64,000 bases of DNA. Origin: Granulicella sp. (GTDB lineage Bacteria; Acidobacteriota; Terriglobia; Terriglobales; Acidobacteriaceae). Under the pieces are notes generated by a model that was not told the DNA's origin, did no database searches, and saw nothing but the letters and a program-made list of their open reading frames with translations. The DNA lies in assembly GCA_027339965.1 (NCBI GenBank), contig DAHWNL010000038.1, positions 1 through 64,000 of the forward strand. The letters are read 5' to 3'. The position numbers and the translations under genes are program-made. Positions 9,444-19,667 of the stretch are shown piece after piece (the first letter of the stretch is position 1; each line of letters starts with the position of its first letter).

Positions 9444-10853
9444 TCATTGGTGCGGTTGAACGAGATCCGGAGAGGCGAGGAGCAGCCGCGCGACTGCGTC
9501 CGCGACACGCTCGATCGGTGACCGGTGCTGAGCGGATTCCGCGTCATTGGCCAGGACAAGGCGCTGTCGAACCTCTTGGAGCCCGCGAATCTGGCGCTCT
9601 CGCTCCGGGCCATCCTTCAGTAACGGCCCCAGGGCTGTGGCTACATTGGCTGCCGTAAAGCGGTCCTGGAGCAGCTCCGGGACCAGGCGATGCTGCGCGA
9701 TCAGATTCACCATCGAGACCGGAAGATTTCCGTTGAGATCGCGTCGCGCCTGCAACTCCTCCGGATACTGCACCAGTCTTTTGGCCAGGGCAAAGGTCAG
9801 GGCGGAGACGCGGTAGACCATCACAAAGGGATTGCCCACCAGCGCCGCCAGGACCGTAGCCGTTCCACTGGCGACCACCGAGGCCCGAGCGTGAAAGAGC
9901 GCCTCGGCGGCATCCGGGACCAGCGTGAGCCGCAGCGTAGAGGCCTCCGGCCCAAAGTACCGCAGGTGCTCGGCGTTTAACTCTTCGATGTAGCGCTGGA
10001 GGGCGCTGCTCTCAATGGTGGAGGCCACCGGCAGAAGAAATTCATAGTGCGTGAACTCGGCCGGGTTGGAGGGCTGCAGGGTGGTGTTGCCGTTGAAGGT
10101 GGTATGCGCCGCTGCGCCGCTGATCAGATCGCTCATGGCTAGTTCGTGCAGCGTGGGCAGGTTGGCGTGGATCTCCTTCCAGCGGCTGCCGGGAAGCAGC
10201 GCGATCCAGGTCTTGGCCGAGTCAAGGTGATGCTGTGCCGCATAGGCAAGTCTGGAATTCTGCGGAGAGACCACGGGCAGGCCGGACTCGTGCGCCTGGG
10301 TTGCTGGTTGTGTCGCCTCTTGCGCCACAGGCAGCGGCGCAGCCAGCGCTTCGGCCAGCGGATGCCCAACAAACTCCGCGTCCACTCCGCGGTTCCGGTA
10401 AAAGGTCTCTTCAAAGGGAAAGATCACCAGCATTTTGTCGACACGCTGCTGCACCCAGCGCAGCCGCCCACGCTTCCACGCCCATAGCTGGGGGCTGACA
10501 AACCAAACCACTCGAACACCGGCGCGGCGCAGATGCTTTGCCAGCCGGAAGTTGACGTCCGGGAAGTCAATCAGCACGGCCACATCCGGGCGCCGGCTGC
10601 GGATGCTGGAGACCAGCTTGCGGTATTTGGCGTAGACGGAAGGGACGTGGCGCAGGATCTCGGTGAGGCCCATTACGGCGACGTCCTCGGCATGCACCAC
10701 CCGCTGTTGCCCGGCCTGCTCCATCTGCCTGCCGCCCAGCCCGCTGAAGGCAGCCTGCGGCAGGCGCTTTCGCAGTGCGGTGATCAGCGCCGCCCCGTAG
10801 GCGTCTCCCGAGGCCTCTCCGGCGGAGAGAAAGATGCGCGGGCTGGATTCCAT
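9444..10853 (-). CDS. lpxB: Lipid-A-disaccharide synthase
   Basis: SAGEASGD, LIDFPDVN, VSPQLWAW, VIFPFE, FVGHPL, ALLPGSR, ASGTAT, VPELLQ. Confidence 0.96.
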   Translation of the reverse strand: MESSPRIFLSAGEASGDAYGAALITALRKRLPQAAFSGLGGRQMEQAGQQRVVHAEDVAVMGLTEILRHVPSVYAKYRKLVSSIRSRRPDVAVLIDFPDVNFRLAKHLRRAGVRVVWFVSPQLWAWKRGRLRWVQQRVDKMLVIFPFEETFYRNRGVDAEFVGHPLAEALAAPLPVAQEATQPATQAHESGLPVVSPQNSRLAYAAQHHLDSAKTWIALLPGSRWKEIHANLPTLHELAMSDLISGAAAHTTFNGNTTLQPSNPAEFTHYEFLLPVASTIESSALQRYIEELNAEHLRYFGPEASTLRLTLVPDAAEALFHARASVVASGTATVLAALVGNPFVMVYRVSALTFALAKRLVQYPEELQARRDLNGNLPVSMVNLIAQHRLVPELLQDRFTAANVATALGPLLKDGPERERQIRGLQEVRQRLVLANDAESAQHRSPIERVADAVARLLLASPDLVQPHQ

Positions 10854-11079
10854 GGTGATGCTTTCAGTCTATCTCCGGTAGGTGAGGGATTTCCCGGCGG
10901 TGCTGGGCGAATCGATGCTTGGGGCGACAATCAGGAGAACTTTGGAAGGTCTGATCAAGACATGAGCGCCGCCGTGCCGATTGGGCATTCCCGCCCTGAA
11001 TTATCTTGCTTTCGATGGTACCTGCTCGACCAACACGGTCTGTGCTGCACGAGGGACAGGAACCTGTCTTCACAAGCTG

Positions 11080-13083
11080 CTATGCGGGAACGGCGGCCTC
11101 GTCTGCGTCCAGTTCCTGGTCCTTGTATTGCAACTGGTAGAGCTTGTAATAGAGCCCGCGCAGCGCCAACAACTCCTGATGGGTGCCCTGTTCGCGCAGC
11201 TTGCCCTTGTGCATGACGAGAATGGTGTCCGCGCGTTGAATGGTCGAGAGGCGATGTGCGATCAGCACCGAAGTTCGACCGGTGATCATCCTCTCCAGCG
11301 CCATGCGAACACGAACCTCGGTGTCTGTATCCACGGAACTGGTGGCCTCATCCAGGATCAGGATGCCGGGTCGGTGGGCCAGAGCACGGGCAAAGCTGAT
11401 GAGCTGCTTCTGTCCGGTGGAGAGCGTCGAACCCCGCTCCAGTACTGGCTCAGAGAATCCGTGGGGCAGGCTACGAATAAACCCCGCAACGTTGACCTCT
11501 TCGGCAGCGTGCTCCACCTCTTCCTGCGTGATCCATGCTGATCCCAGGCGGATGTTCTGGGCGATGGTGCCTGCAAAGAGGAAAGGGTCCTGCAAGACGA
11601 CGCCAAAGCGCTGCCGCAGCCGGGTCAGGTCCTGCTCCTGCACATCAACCCCGTCGACCAGGACCGCGCCGCGCTGCACGTCATAGAAGCGCATCATCAG
11701 CGCGGTGATGGTGGTTTTACCCGCGCCGGTGTGGCCGACGATGGCCGCTGTCTGGTTGGGCTCGATCGTGAAGCTGACGCCGCGCAGAACCCACTCGACA
11801 TCGGGAGACTCCCCCAGAGCCTCCTCAGAGAGTGTGCGGATGCGCTCCCGCTGCTCGGTCGTCAGCGTCTGGTAAGTAAACCATACGCCGCGAAACTCGA
11901 CGCTGCCGCTGCCGTCACCAGTGGTGGGGTGGGCGCTGGTGCGAATCTCGTTTTTGGTGTCGAGAAGTTTGAAGATTCGCTCGGAGGCGGCCATGGCCGC
12001 CTGCAGGATGTTGTACTTGTCGCTCAGGTCCTGGATGGGACGGAAGAACCTCTGCCCGTACTGAATAAACGCGATGAGAACGCCCAGCGTCACCACCGGA
12101 TGCAGGAAGCCGGCATGCGTAGCAAGGGCCGGAGTGCTCTTCAGGACGTAAATCCCTCCGCGCCAGATCACCAACGCGATGGCGATGGAACTCAGAAGTT
12201 CTACTACAGGATAGTAGAGCGCATAGGCGAAGATAGCGTCCGTCCATGCCTTCTTGTTTTCGAGGTTAACTGCGGAAAAGTCGTTGAATGCACGTTGCTC
12301 GCGGTTGAACAACTGCACCAGGCTCATGCCCGAAACATACTCCTGGGTGAACGAGTTGATCTTGGCTGTGGCCGCCCGCTGCCGGCGGTAGCTGTCTCGA
12401 ACGTGGACGCGAAAGAGCCGCGTGGCATAGAGGATCAAGGGAAGGACAGAGAGCGCCAGTAGCGCCAGCAGCCAGCTCATCTTCACCATGATCGCCACGA
12501 TGAAGCTGAGTAGAAAGATATCTTCAAAGATCGCCAGGACGCCGGAGGTGAACATCTCATTGAGGGCGTCCACATCGGAGGTCAGGCGGGTCACCAGCCT
12601 TCCCACCGGGTTGCGGTCGAAGAATCCCATGTGCATCTGCTGAATATGGCGAAAGATCTGACTGCGCAAATCAAACATGATCTTCTGCCCGGTCCACTGC
12701 ATCAGGTAGGTCTGGACGAACTCCAGAGCGAAGATCAGCCCCAACGAAGCCAGATAAAGCGTAGCAATCTCGCTGACGCCGCGAACGGGGTCCGCGCTGA
12801 GCCGGGCGGCGAGCCAGGAGCGCTTCTGGTGCAGCGGGTCAAAGTAGGTATCCACTGCGACTTTGACAAAGTACGGGCCCAGGACATCGCTGCCGGCCTT
12901 GAGCACGATGGCGACTGCCGATGCGGCTACCTGCAACTTGTAGGGCGCGAGATATCGCGCCAGCCGCCGCATCAGCCGGGCGTCGTAGGCCTTGCCGACA
13001 ATGTCGTCGTCGGCAATCTGACGGGAGCCTTCTGGTTGTGCTGGTTGAGCCGTCGTTGCGGTCTTCTTCTGGTCGTCGGCCAT
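11080..13083 (-). CDS. ABC exporter, fused permease/ATPase (MsbA/MdlB-like)
   Basis: TM domain plus Walker A GHTGAGKT, signature LSTGQKQ, Walker B ILILDEAT, IAHRLST. Confidence 0.95.
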   Translation of the reverse strand: MADDQKKTATTAQPAQPEGSRQIADDDIVGKAYDARLMRRLARYLAPYKLQVAASAVAIVLKAGSDVLGPYFVKVAVDTYFDPLHQKRSWLAARLSADPVRGVSEIATLYLASLGLIFALEFVQTYLMQWTGQKIMFDLRSQIFRHIQQMHMGFFDRNPVGRLVTRLTSDVDALNEMFTSGVLAIFEDIFLLSFIVAIMVKMSWLLALLALSVLPLILYATRLFRVHVRDSYRRQRAATAKINSFTQEYVSGMSLVQLFNREQRAFNDFSAVNLENKKAWTDAIFAYALYYPVVELLSSIAIALVIWRGGIYVLKSTPALATHAGFLHPVVTLGVLIAFIQYGQRFFRPIQDLSDKYNILQAAMAASERIFKLLDTKNEIRTSAHPTTGDGSGSVEFRGVWFTYQTLTTEQRERIRTLSEEALGESPDVEWVLRGVSFTIEPNQTAAIVGHTGAGKTTITALMMRFYDVQRGAVLVDGVDVQEQDLTRLRQRFGVVLQDPFLFAGTIAQNIRLGSAWITQEEVEHAAEEVNVAGFIRSLPHGFSEPVLERGSTLSTGQKQLISFARALAHRPGILILDEATSSVDTDTEVRVRMALERMITGRTSVLIAHRLSTIQRADTILVMHKGKLREQGTHQELLALRGLYYKLYQLQYKDQELDADEAAVPA

Positions 13084-13163
13084 TTCGTTTATTTTAGAGC
13101 CTTTGCAAAGGGTCCCGAAGACGCTGGGCGCCGGGAGTCGGGGAATAAAGAGGGCGTGAAAGA

Positions 13164-14468
13164 ATGGAACAGATGGAAACGGAAGGACTCAATCGAACGG
13201 TTGCGGAGACCGAACAGGCAGCCACGCTGGGCGTGTACGTCTCCGTGCCGTTCTGCCGCTCCAAGTGCAGCTTCTGCAACTTCGCCTCCGGCGTCTCCTC
13301 AGCGGAGGCAATCGAGGCCTATATTGTCCGGCTTTGCCGGGAGATCGCAACGGCTCCGAACAGGGCAGAGAACCTGCGGGCTCATCTTCCTCGTTACGTG
13401 GACTCGGTCTACCTTGGTGGAGGGACGCCCAGTCTTCTGGCTCCGGCACAACTGAGACGAATCTTCGTCTCGCTTCGGGAGACGTTCCGGATTGCCGGGA
13501 ATGCGGAGATGACGTTGGAGGCGGCGCCGGGCCAGATCGACGATGCGCTGCTCAACGAAGCCATGAGCCAGGGGGTGAATCGCATCAGCCTGGGAGTGCA
13601 GTCTTTTGTCGACCGTGAGAGCGCTGCGGTGGGACGCAACCACACGGGGAGCGGCTGTGTCGAAGAGATTCATCGTCTGCAAAGAGCTGGAATCGCCGAC
13701 CTTGGTGTCGATCTGATCGCCGGCTTGCCCTACCAGACGCAGGAGAGTTGGAAGCAGTCGCTGCGGGTCGCCACCAGCATTGGCTTGAACCATCTGAGCG
13801 TCTATATGCTGGAGATTGATGATGACTCTCGCCTGGGAAGGGAGGTTCTGGGCGGTGGACGGCGGCTCCATGCAGATGCGATACCCAGCGAAGAGATTAC
13901 GGCTGCGCTCTACGAGAGCGCTTGCGAGTGGCTTCCGGCGCAGGGTTTTGCCCAGTACGAAATCTCCAACTTTGCGCCTGCGCAGTACCGTTCGCGCCAC
14001 AACTGCAAGTATTGGCAGCGTGCTCCCTACATCGGGTTTGGACTGGATGCTCACTCCATGCTGTTGCGGGGCGAAAACGCCATGAGAGAAGAGCGCGTGG
14101 CCCGCGCAGGCGCAAGCAGCGCCGTGCGCTTTGCCAACCCGGAGGATTTGGCGCAGTACGTGAAGAAAGAGCTTTCTCCGGCCTTCCCGATGTTGAGCCG
14201 CAGAGATGAAGGCATCGTAGAGCTCGGGCGACCGGAGGCCCTTGAGGAAAGCATCTTTCTTGGCCTGCGGATGACGGAGGGCGTGAACCTCTGGCAACTT
14301 CGCCGGGACTTCTCCGCGAATCTGGTCGAGCCCGCCGAAGAGGCCGCCGCCGAGCTGATTCAGGATGGCTTGATGCTGGAGGAGGATGGGTGCTGGCGGC
14401 TTACGCTGCGCGGCCGTCTATTGTCCAATGACGTATTCACAAGGCTGCTGATGGGCTTAGCTGCCTGA
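13164..14468 (+). CDS. hemW: Radical SAM heme chaperone HemW (HemN-like)
   Basis: VPFCRSKCSFCNF (CxxxCxxC), GGGTPS, RISLGVQSF, YEISNFA, HNCKYW (HNxxYW); start may be 13173. Confidence 0.9.
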   Translation: MEQMETEGLNRTVAETEQAATLGVYVSVPFCRSKCSFCNFASGVSSAEAIEAYIVRLCREIATAPNRAENLRAHLPRYVDSVYLGGGTPSLLAPAQLRRIFVSLRETFRIAGNAEMTLEAAPGQIDDALLNEAMSQGVNRISLGVQSFVDRESAAVGRNHTGSGCVEEIHRLQRAGIADLGVDLIAGLPYQTQESWKQSLRVATSIGLNHLSVYMLEIDDDSRLGREVLGGGRRLHADAIPSEEITAALYESACEWLPAQGFAQYEISNFAPAQYRSRHNCKYWQRAPYIGFGLDAHSMLLRGENAMREERVARAGASSAVRFANPEDLAQYVKKELSPAFPMLSRRDEGIVELGRPEALEESIFLGLRMTEGVNLWQLRRDFSANLVEPAEEAAAELIQDGLMLEEDGCWRLTLRGRLLSNDVFTRLLMGLAA

Positions 14469-14507
14469 TGCGGCAAGCCGGCGGAGAGGCCAAGGAGGAT
14501 TTGAGAG

Positions 14508-15542
14508 TTGCCAGTCGAGAGTATTGACCTGCGCAGTGACACTGTTACCCGTCCTACCGCCGCCATGCGGGCCGCCATGGCTGCGGCCGAGGTGGGCGAT
14601 GACGTTTATGGCGAAGATCCAACCGTGAATCGTCTGGAGGCGCGCGCGGCTGAGATCTTTGGCCGTGAGTCGGCGCTTTTTGTTCCTACGGGAACCATGG
14701 GCAACCAGATCGCGATCCGCCTGCACACGGAACATGGGCAGGAGGTGATCTGCGAGGCGCGTTCCCATGTGCTGGACTGGGAGATGGCTACGATGTCTGC
14801 CTTTTCGGGCTGTCTGCCGCGGGCGATCCACGGCGAGCATGGCATCCTCACCTGGGAGCAGATCAGCGCCGTTATGGTACGGCCCAGCTACTACCGCGCT
14901 TCCACTGGATTGCTTTGCCTGGAGAGCTCGCATAACATGGCCGGCGGCACGGTGACGCCGCTCGCCATCTTTGAAGAGATCTGGCACGGCGCCAAAGAGG
15001 CTGGGCTGGCGACGCATCTGGATGGAGCGAGGATCTTCAATAGTGCGGTGGCGCTGGGCCTTCCGGTGGCGAAACTCACGCGCGGCTTTGATACGGTCAA
15101 CTTCTGCCTCTCCAAGGGCCTGGGCGCGCCGGTGGGTTCCATGCTGGTGGGCTCAGCCGCAGCGATGCATCGTGCCCGCATCTTCCGCAAGGCACTGGGC
15201 GGAGGCATGCGCCAGGCCGGCGTACTAGCCGCGGCGGGCATCCTTGCGCTGGAGCAGGGACCGTCCCGTCTGCACGAGGACCATGCCAACGCACAGCATC
15301 TGGCCCAGGCCGTGGCAACGTGCAGGTCTGTCGCCATCGATCTGGCTACGGTGCAGACCAATATCGTTCGCTTCGATGTAAAAGGACTGGATGCTGTCCA
15401 TGTGGTTGCGGAGCTCAAGGCGCAGGGCGTGCTTTGTAGTTCGCTGGGAAGAAAGTCGATTCGCCTGGTGACCCACAGGGACGTTAGCCGGGCCCAGTGC
15501 GAGACCGCAGCGGCAACGCTGGTGCGCGCATTGCACGGCTGA
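14508..15542 (+). CDS. ltaE: Low-specificity L-threonine aldolase
   Basis: [55 protein letters not shown]. Confidence 0.95.
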   Translation: MPVESIDLRSDTVTRPTAAMRAAMAAAEVGDDVYGEDPTVNRLEARAAEIFGRESALFVPTGTMGNQIAIRLHTEHGQEVICEARSHVLDWEMATMSAFSGCLPRAIHGEHGILTWEQISAVMVRPSYYRASTGLLCLESSHNMAGGTVTPLAIFEEIWHGAKEAGLATHLDGARIFNSAVALGLPVAKLTRGFDTVNFCLSKGLGAPVGSMLVGSAAAMHRARIFRKALGGGMRQAGVLAAAGILALEQGPSRLHEDHANAQHLAQAVATCRSVAIDLATVQTNIVRFDVKGLDAVHVVAELKAQGVLCSSLGRKSIRLVTHRDVSRAQCETAAATLVRALHG

Positions 15543-15689
15543 GGATGCAGCCTTCGGTCGAGTTCTACAGCCTCCGTAAAGTCTGTGGCGGCCTCAACGA
15601 CAAGCCGCTCGCAAGAAGACTCGGAGATGGAACGGCCGCCCGGCCCGCGACAGATCTTGGTCTTTGAGAAAGGTGCGGCGTCCTGCGAG

Positions 15690-15725
15690 CCAACATCTCT
15701 GAAAACGCGAGATGTGGGGCACCCG
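15690..15725. repeat. Acidobacteria-type REP-like palindromic element between convergent ltaE and addA
   Basis: CCAACATCTCTGAAAACGCGAGATGTGGGGCACCCG with an ACATCTC/GAGATGT stem and GGGCACCC tail; resembles, from memory, an abundant intergenic repeat of Acidobacteriaceae. Confidence 0.65.
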
Positions 15726-15800
15726 GCCCGGGGTGATGAGGTAAAACGAGAAATGAAGCACCCAGAGTGATGAAGAGAAGGCGGTTCGGACGTGCAGTGG

Positions 15801-18800
15801 TCAGGATGAGGGCGCAGCAGGCCAGTGCAGCAGGCGGGGGATGAGCGGGTAGTAGAGGCCAAGCTGGATCGGCCGATCTCCGTCAGGAAGCGTGCGGCGC
15901 AGCGCAGCGTAGGCTTCCATCTGGCCTTTGTACTTTGCCGTCTCCTCGGCTTCGAAGTCTGCGTCGGAGAGGTTGCCCTGTTCGGTGGTCTTGAAGTCAA
16001 CAATCCAGATGGATTCGCTCCCGTCGGCGTTGGGTTCGGCTGCGGCAAGAAAGGTGCGGTCCAAACGCAGGGCCTGGACCTCCGATGCGGCCAGCTTCAG
16101 GGTTTGCTCACTGGCGGCAGAGGGATGTGGCGAGAGGATCCAGCGCCCGACGGGGTCTTGCAGGGCGAGCGTGAGAGCGCGTTCGGCGCGCGCCGACTCG
16201 CGCTGGGCGAGGGTGGAAGAGAGGCCCTCGCCACGCAGACTCGCTGCCAGAGCGGGACGCCAGGAGGGGATCTCCGCGGCGAGAGCATCGAGAAGGTCGT
16301 CGCGAAGGGTTCCCGTCGGCTCCGAGAGCAGATCGGCGCTATTCTCCGGCGTTGAAGCTCTTTGCTGCAGGAGCTGCGCCAGCCGCTGCAGGTAGCGATG
16401 CACCACGTTGCCGAAGGCGCGGGCCGCAAATGAGCCCTCCGGGCGATGGAACGCGGCGGTGTGGCGCAGCGCCGATGCGGAGGGATAGAGCAGGCGGCGT
16501 TCTTCGGCGGAGCGAAACCTTGCGGAGGGGTCGAAGCTCAGAGGAAGCCGCTCGATGGTCGCCGGTTGTGGCGCTGGAGCGGGGGTTGGAAGTTCTTCAT
16601 CGTCCGTGGTGGGGGTTCCGGAGGCAGCTATCTGCAGTTCGGACTCGCCGGTCTGGTCCGCGCGCTCGGAGAGCAGTTGTTCAAAATGCGGCCTGACGGC
16701 GGGCCAGCAGGTCTTGAGCAGACTGTCATTGCGGGGTTGCGCGAGGTCTCCCTTGCTGGTTATGGAGGCGGTGGCGAAGAGATGAAGTTCCTCGCGGGCC
16801 CGAGTAGCGGCGACGTAGAAGATGCGTTTGATCTCCGCAGCCTGACGGCGGCTCTGGACGCCGGTGAGCCACGCGCCCAGCCTGCCATGCTCGGAACCCT
16901 TCTCGTCGATGGGCGCCAGCACCACGGTGGCGGGTGGTTGGCCGGATGGATCTGACCCGTCGATCAGGTGAGAGGTCTGGTCGAACTCCAGCCAGTTCAG
17001 CAGGACGCTGCCGTTCTTCCTGCTGCCACGGTCGAGTTGGGGGATCAACACCAGATCCCACTCCAGCCCTTTGGCTTTGTGGATGGTCAGAAGTTCGACC
17101 TGAAGGCGTCCATCCTCGGTGGTGGGCGGCGCCGGCTCCGCGTAGAGATTGGCGAGGCGGCTCTTGAGCAGATTCAGGTCAACGCGCTCTCCCTCGCTCT
17201 CGATCTCCAGCAGCAGATCGAGGTAGCGGCGCACGTTGCCGCGCCTGGCCGCGGGCAGAGCGAGGTCACCGCCAAGGGAGCGCCAGGTGCGCTCCACATG
17301 GGTTGCCACGGAGGTTCTTCCGCGCGCAGCCAGGGCGGCTTCCAGGGTTGGCCAGACGCGGTCGAGAAGCATCTGACCCGCCGGGCTGAGGGCGTGGCGA
17401 TTGGCCCTGACGCGTTCGGCGATGGTCTGCTCGCGGGGCTCGATCCGTGCAGCAGCGGCTGATGCCGGGAGGGCGTTGTCCCCGGTGAGGCGCAACAGGT
17501 CGGCCAATCCCAGGCCGCACCAGGGAGCGTGCAGCACCGCCAGCCATGCGGCGCGGTCGGCGGGGTGCAGCAGGGCGCGGGTGAGCGCGAGGGCGTCCAG
17601 AACCTCCGGCAACTCGTCGAGCGGGTCCAGATCGATGGCGCGGTAGGGCAGCGGGCCGGATCCCCGGTCTTGTTTGAACTCCTCGATGACCGCCTCAAGG
17701 TGCCGCCGGGTGCGGCCCAGCACGGCGATGCTCCAGGGCTTGTGGGCGCGATGGGCCGGGAGGGGCATGGCCTGACGTTGCTCGATGATGGACCGGATCT
17801 CGCGGGCCTCGCGGGCGGCGATTTCAGCGCGAAAGTTGCCGTCCGGGTGCGTGGTTTCCCGCAGACTGGGGTGCCAGACGACGCCGGCGCTGTCGCTGGC
17901 TGGTTGGGTCGCTTGGGCCTCGACGAAGGGGACATCGACGCTGTCGCCCAGGGGTAGAGGAGATCCGCCAGCGGATGGAGGGACGGGGCGCGGGAAGATC
18001 TGGTCGAAGATGGCGTTGAAGCCGGAGACGAGCTTGGCCTGGGAGCGGAAGTTGGCGGTGAGGGCGAGGGGGCGGAGTTCGAGTTCGCCCAGCCGTTGCT
18101 CCTGAGTGATGCGGAGAAAGCGCTCGACGCGCGCCTGCCGGAAGAGATAGATCGACTGCTTAGGGTCGCCGACCAGAAAGAGAGTCTGTGTGTGGCCGTC
18201 CCAGGAGTGGGTGAGCAGGCTGAGCAACTCGTACTGACCGGAGGAGGTGTCCTGCATCTCATCGACCAGGATGTGGCGAAGTCTGGCTCCAGCCCAGATG
18301 GCGAGATCGTTGGCAGCGTCTGCGGCGGTGGCCTCGGGATCTGCGGCGCTGGCCTCGGGCAGGATGCCGGCACGAAGCGCAGCGCGGGCGGAGAGCGCGA
18401 ACTCGGTGAAGTCGCAGGCATTGCGTTCGGCAAAGAGCAGGCGCAGCTCGGCCAGTGCGCGCCGCAGCACCTGAAAGAGCGCCCTGATGACCTCCCACTG
18501 CTCGTCCGGGTAGGTTGCCGGAGGCAGCCTGGGAATGGCGGCGAGGATCTCGCGAAGGTTACCGCCGGGGGGCTGGTGGGTCTGGAGATCTTCGACGATC
18601 TCTTTGAGCGCCGGCGCGTCCGCTTTGGGAATCTCAAACCTGAGGTCCATGGCCCAATAGCGTTTACGCCAGTTGCCGTCAGACTTCAACAGCACCCAGA
18701 TGAGCGCCACCCAGTGGTCGAGATCCGCTACGGTGGCTGTGGGGGGCTGCAGCCGGTCTGCGCAGAGAGCGATCGGCGAGGGAGCGCCATCAAGCCCGTC

Positions 18801-19667
18801 GTACTGGGCTAGCCGGGCGGCGAGCGCGGTGAGCTTCTGCAAGGTGACCGCAGGGAGGGCGTGGAGCGCGCGGGAGAGTGCGCTGCGGATGACGTTCTCC
18901 AGCGAGCGCTCCAGGCTGCGGCGAATCTCAGCTTCGAGTGCTGTGTCCTGTTTGGAACTGGAGGCGGATGCGGAGAGGATCGGCGCAAGCTCACCCCACT
19001 GCTCGCGGGTGCCCAGCATGTCTGCAATCAGCGCCTCGCAGTCGGCCAGATTGCCGTCGCGATGCAGGAGCAGGGTGCGCAGCGCGGCGTCCAGCCGCTG
19101 GCCGGCGGGCGAGTGGGTATTGCCGAGTTGCAGGAGGGTTCGGCGCGCTGCCTGGCGGTAGAGCGGCTCTGCATCTTCCAGCGGTTGCCGGGGGCCTCCG
19201 GTTCCGGAGAGGATGGGCAGCGCGTTGGCGATCTGAGAGCAGACGGAGTCGATGGAGCGTATGTTCAGGCGGGACGGCCGGTGGCGAAGATCCCATCCGA
19301 GACGCCGGTCGCGTACGAGCGCAGCCTGGGCCAGAGCGAGGGTTTCGAGCTCGAAGGGCGAGAGCGGCTCTGCATCGGTGGGAAGGCCAGATTCCAGGTG
19401 CGCTGCGGCTCTGCCAAGCTGTTCGAGAACGCGCTCGCGCAGCTCGGCGGTCGCCTTGCGGGTGAAGGTGATGGCCAGCACCTCCTCGGGCAGCTCGACG
19501 GAGGGGTCGCCCAGCAGCTTGAGATAGCGTGCGACCAGCAGGCCGGTCTTTCCCGAGCCGGCGGGCGCCTCCACGATGCAAGAGCAGCGGGTATCGAGCG
19601 CTGCGGCGCGCTCCGGAGCGTCGCTGGGGGGTGAAGGGAGGTGGAGCAGCTTAGACAGGGAGATCAT
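15801..19667 (-). CDS. addA: AddA-like UvrD/SF1 helicase with C-terminal PD-(D/E)XK nuclease
   Basis: APAGSGKT, LAITFTRKAT, ILVDEMQD, VGDPKQSIYLFR, NFRS, TIHKAKGLEWD, YVAATRARE, RLDR...IVDFKT; start overlaps the end of addB. Confidence 0.9.
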   Translation of the reverse strand: MISLSKLLHLPSPPSDAPERAAALDTRCSCIVEAPAGSGKTGLLVARYLKLLGDPSVELPEEVLAITFTRKATAELRERVLEQLGRAAAHLESGLPTDAEPLSPFELETLALAQAALVRDRRLGWDLRHRPSRLNIRSIDSVCSQIANALPILSGTGGPRQPLEDAEPLYRQAARRTLLQLGNTHSPAGQRLDAALRTLLLHRDGNLADCEALIADMLGTREQWGELAPILSASASSSKQDTALEAEIRRSLERSLENVIRSALSRALHALPAVTLQKLTALAARLAQYDGLDGAPSPIALCADRLQPPTATVADLDHWVALIWVLLKSDGNWRKRYWAMDLRFEIPKADAPALKEIVEDLQTHQPPGGNLREILAAIPRLPPATYPDEQWEVIRALFQVLRRALAELRLLFAERNACDFTEFALSARAALRAGILPEASAADPEATAADAANDLAIWAGARLRHILVDEMQDTSSGQYELLSLLTHSWDGHTQTLFLVGDPKQSIYLFRQARVERFLRITQEQRLGELELRPLALTANFRSQAKLVSGFNAIFDQIFPRPVPPSAGGSPLPLGDSVDVPFVEAQATQPASDSAGVVWHPSLRETTHPDGNFRAEIAAREAREIRSIIEQRQAMPLPAHRAHKPWSIAVLGRTRRHLEAVIEEFKQDRGSGPLPYRAIDLDPLDELPEVLDALALTRALLHPADRAAWLAVLHAPWCGLGLADLLRLTGDNALPASAAAARIEPREQTIAERVRANRHALSPAGQMLLDRVWPTLEAALAARGRTSVATHVERTWRSLGGDLALPAARRGNVRRYLDLLLEIESEGERVDLNLLKSRLANLYAEPAPPTTEDGRLQVELLTIHKAKGLEWDLVLIPQLDRGSRKNGSVLLNWLEFDQTSHLIDGSDPSGQPPATVVLAPIDEKGSEHGRLGAWLTGVQSRRQAAEIKRIFYVAATRAREELHLFATASITSKGDLAQPRNDSLLKTCWPAVRPHFEQLLSERADQTGESELQIAASGTPTTDDEELPTPAPAPQPATIERLPLSFDPSARFRSAEERRLLYPSASALRHTAAFHRPEGSFAARAFGNVVHRYLQRLAQLLQQRASTPENSADLLSEPTGTLRDDLLDALAAEIPSWRPALAASLRGEGLSSTLAQRESARAERALTLALQDPVGRWILSPHPSAASEQTLKLAASEVQALRLDRTFLAAAEPNADGSESIWIVDFKTTEQGNLSDADFEAEETAKYKGQMEAYAALRRTLPDGDRPIQLGLYYPLIPRLLHWPAAPSS

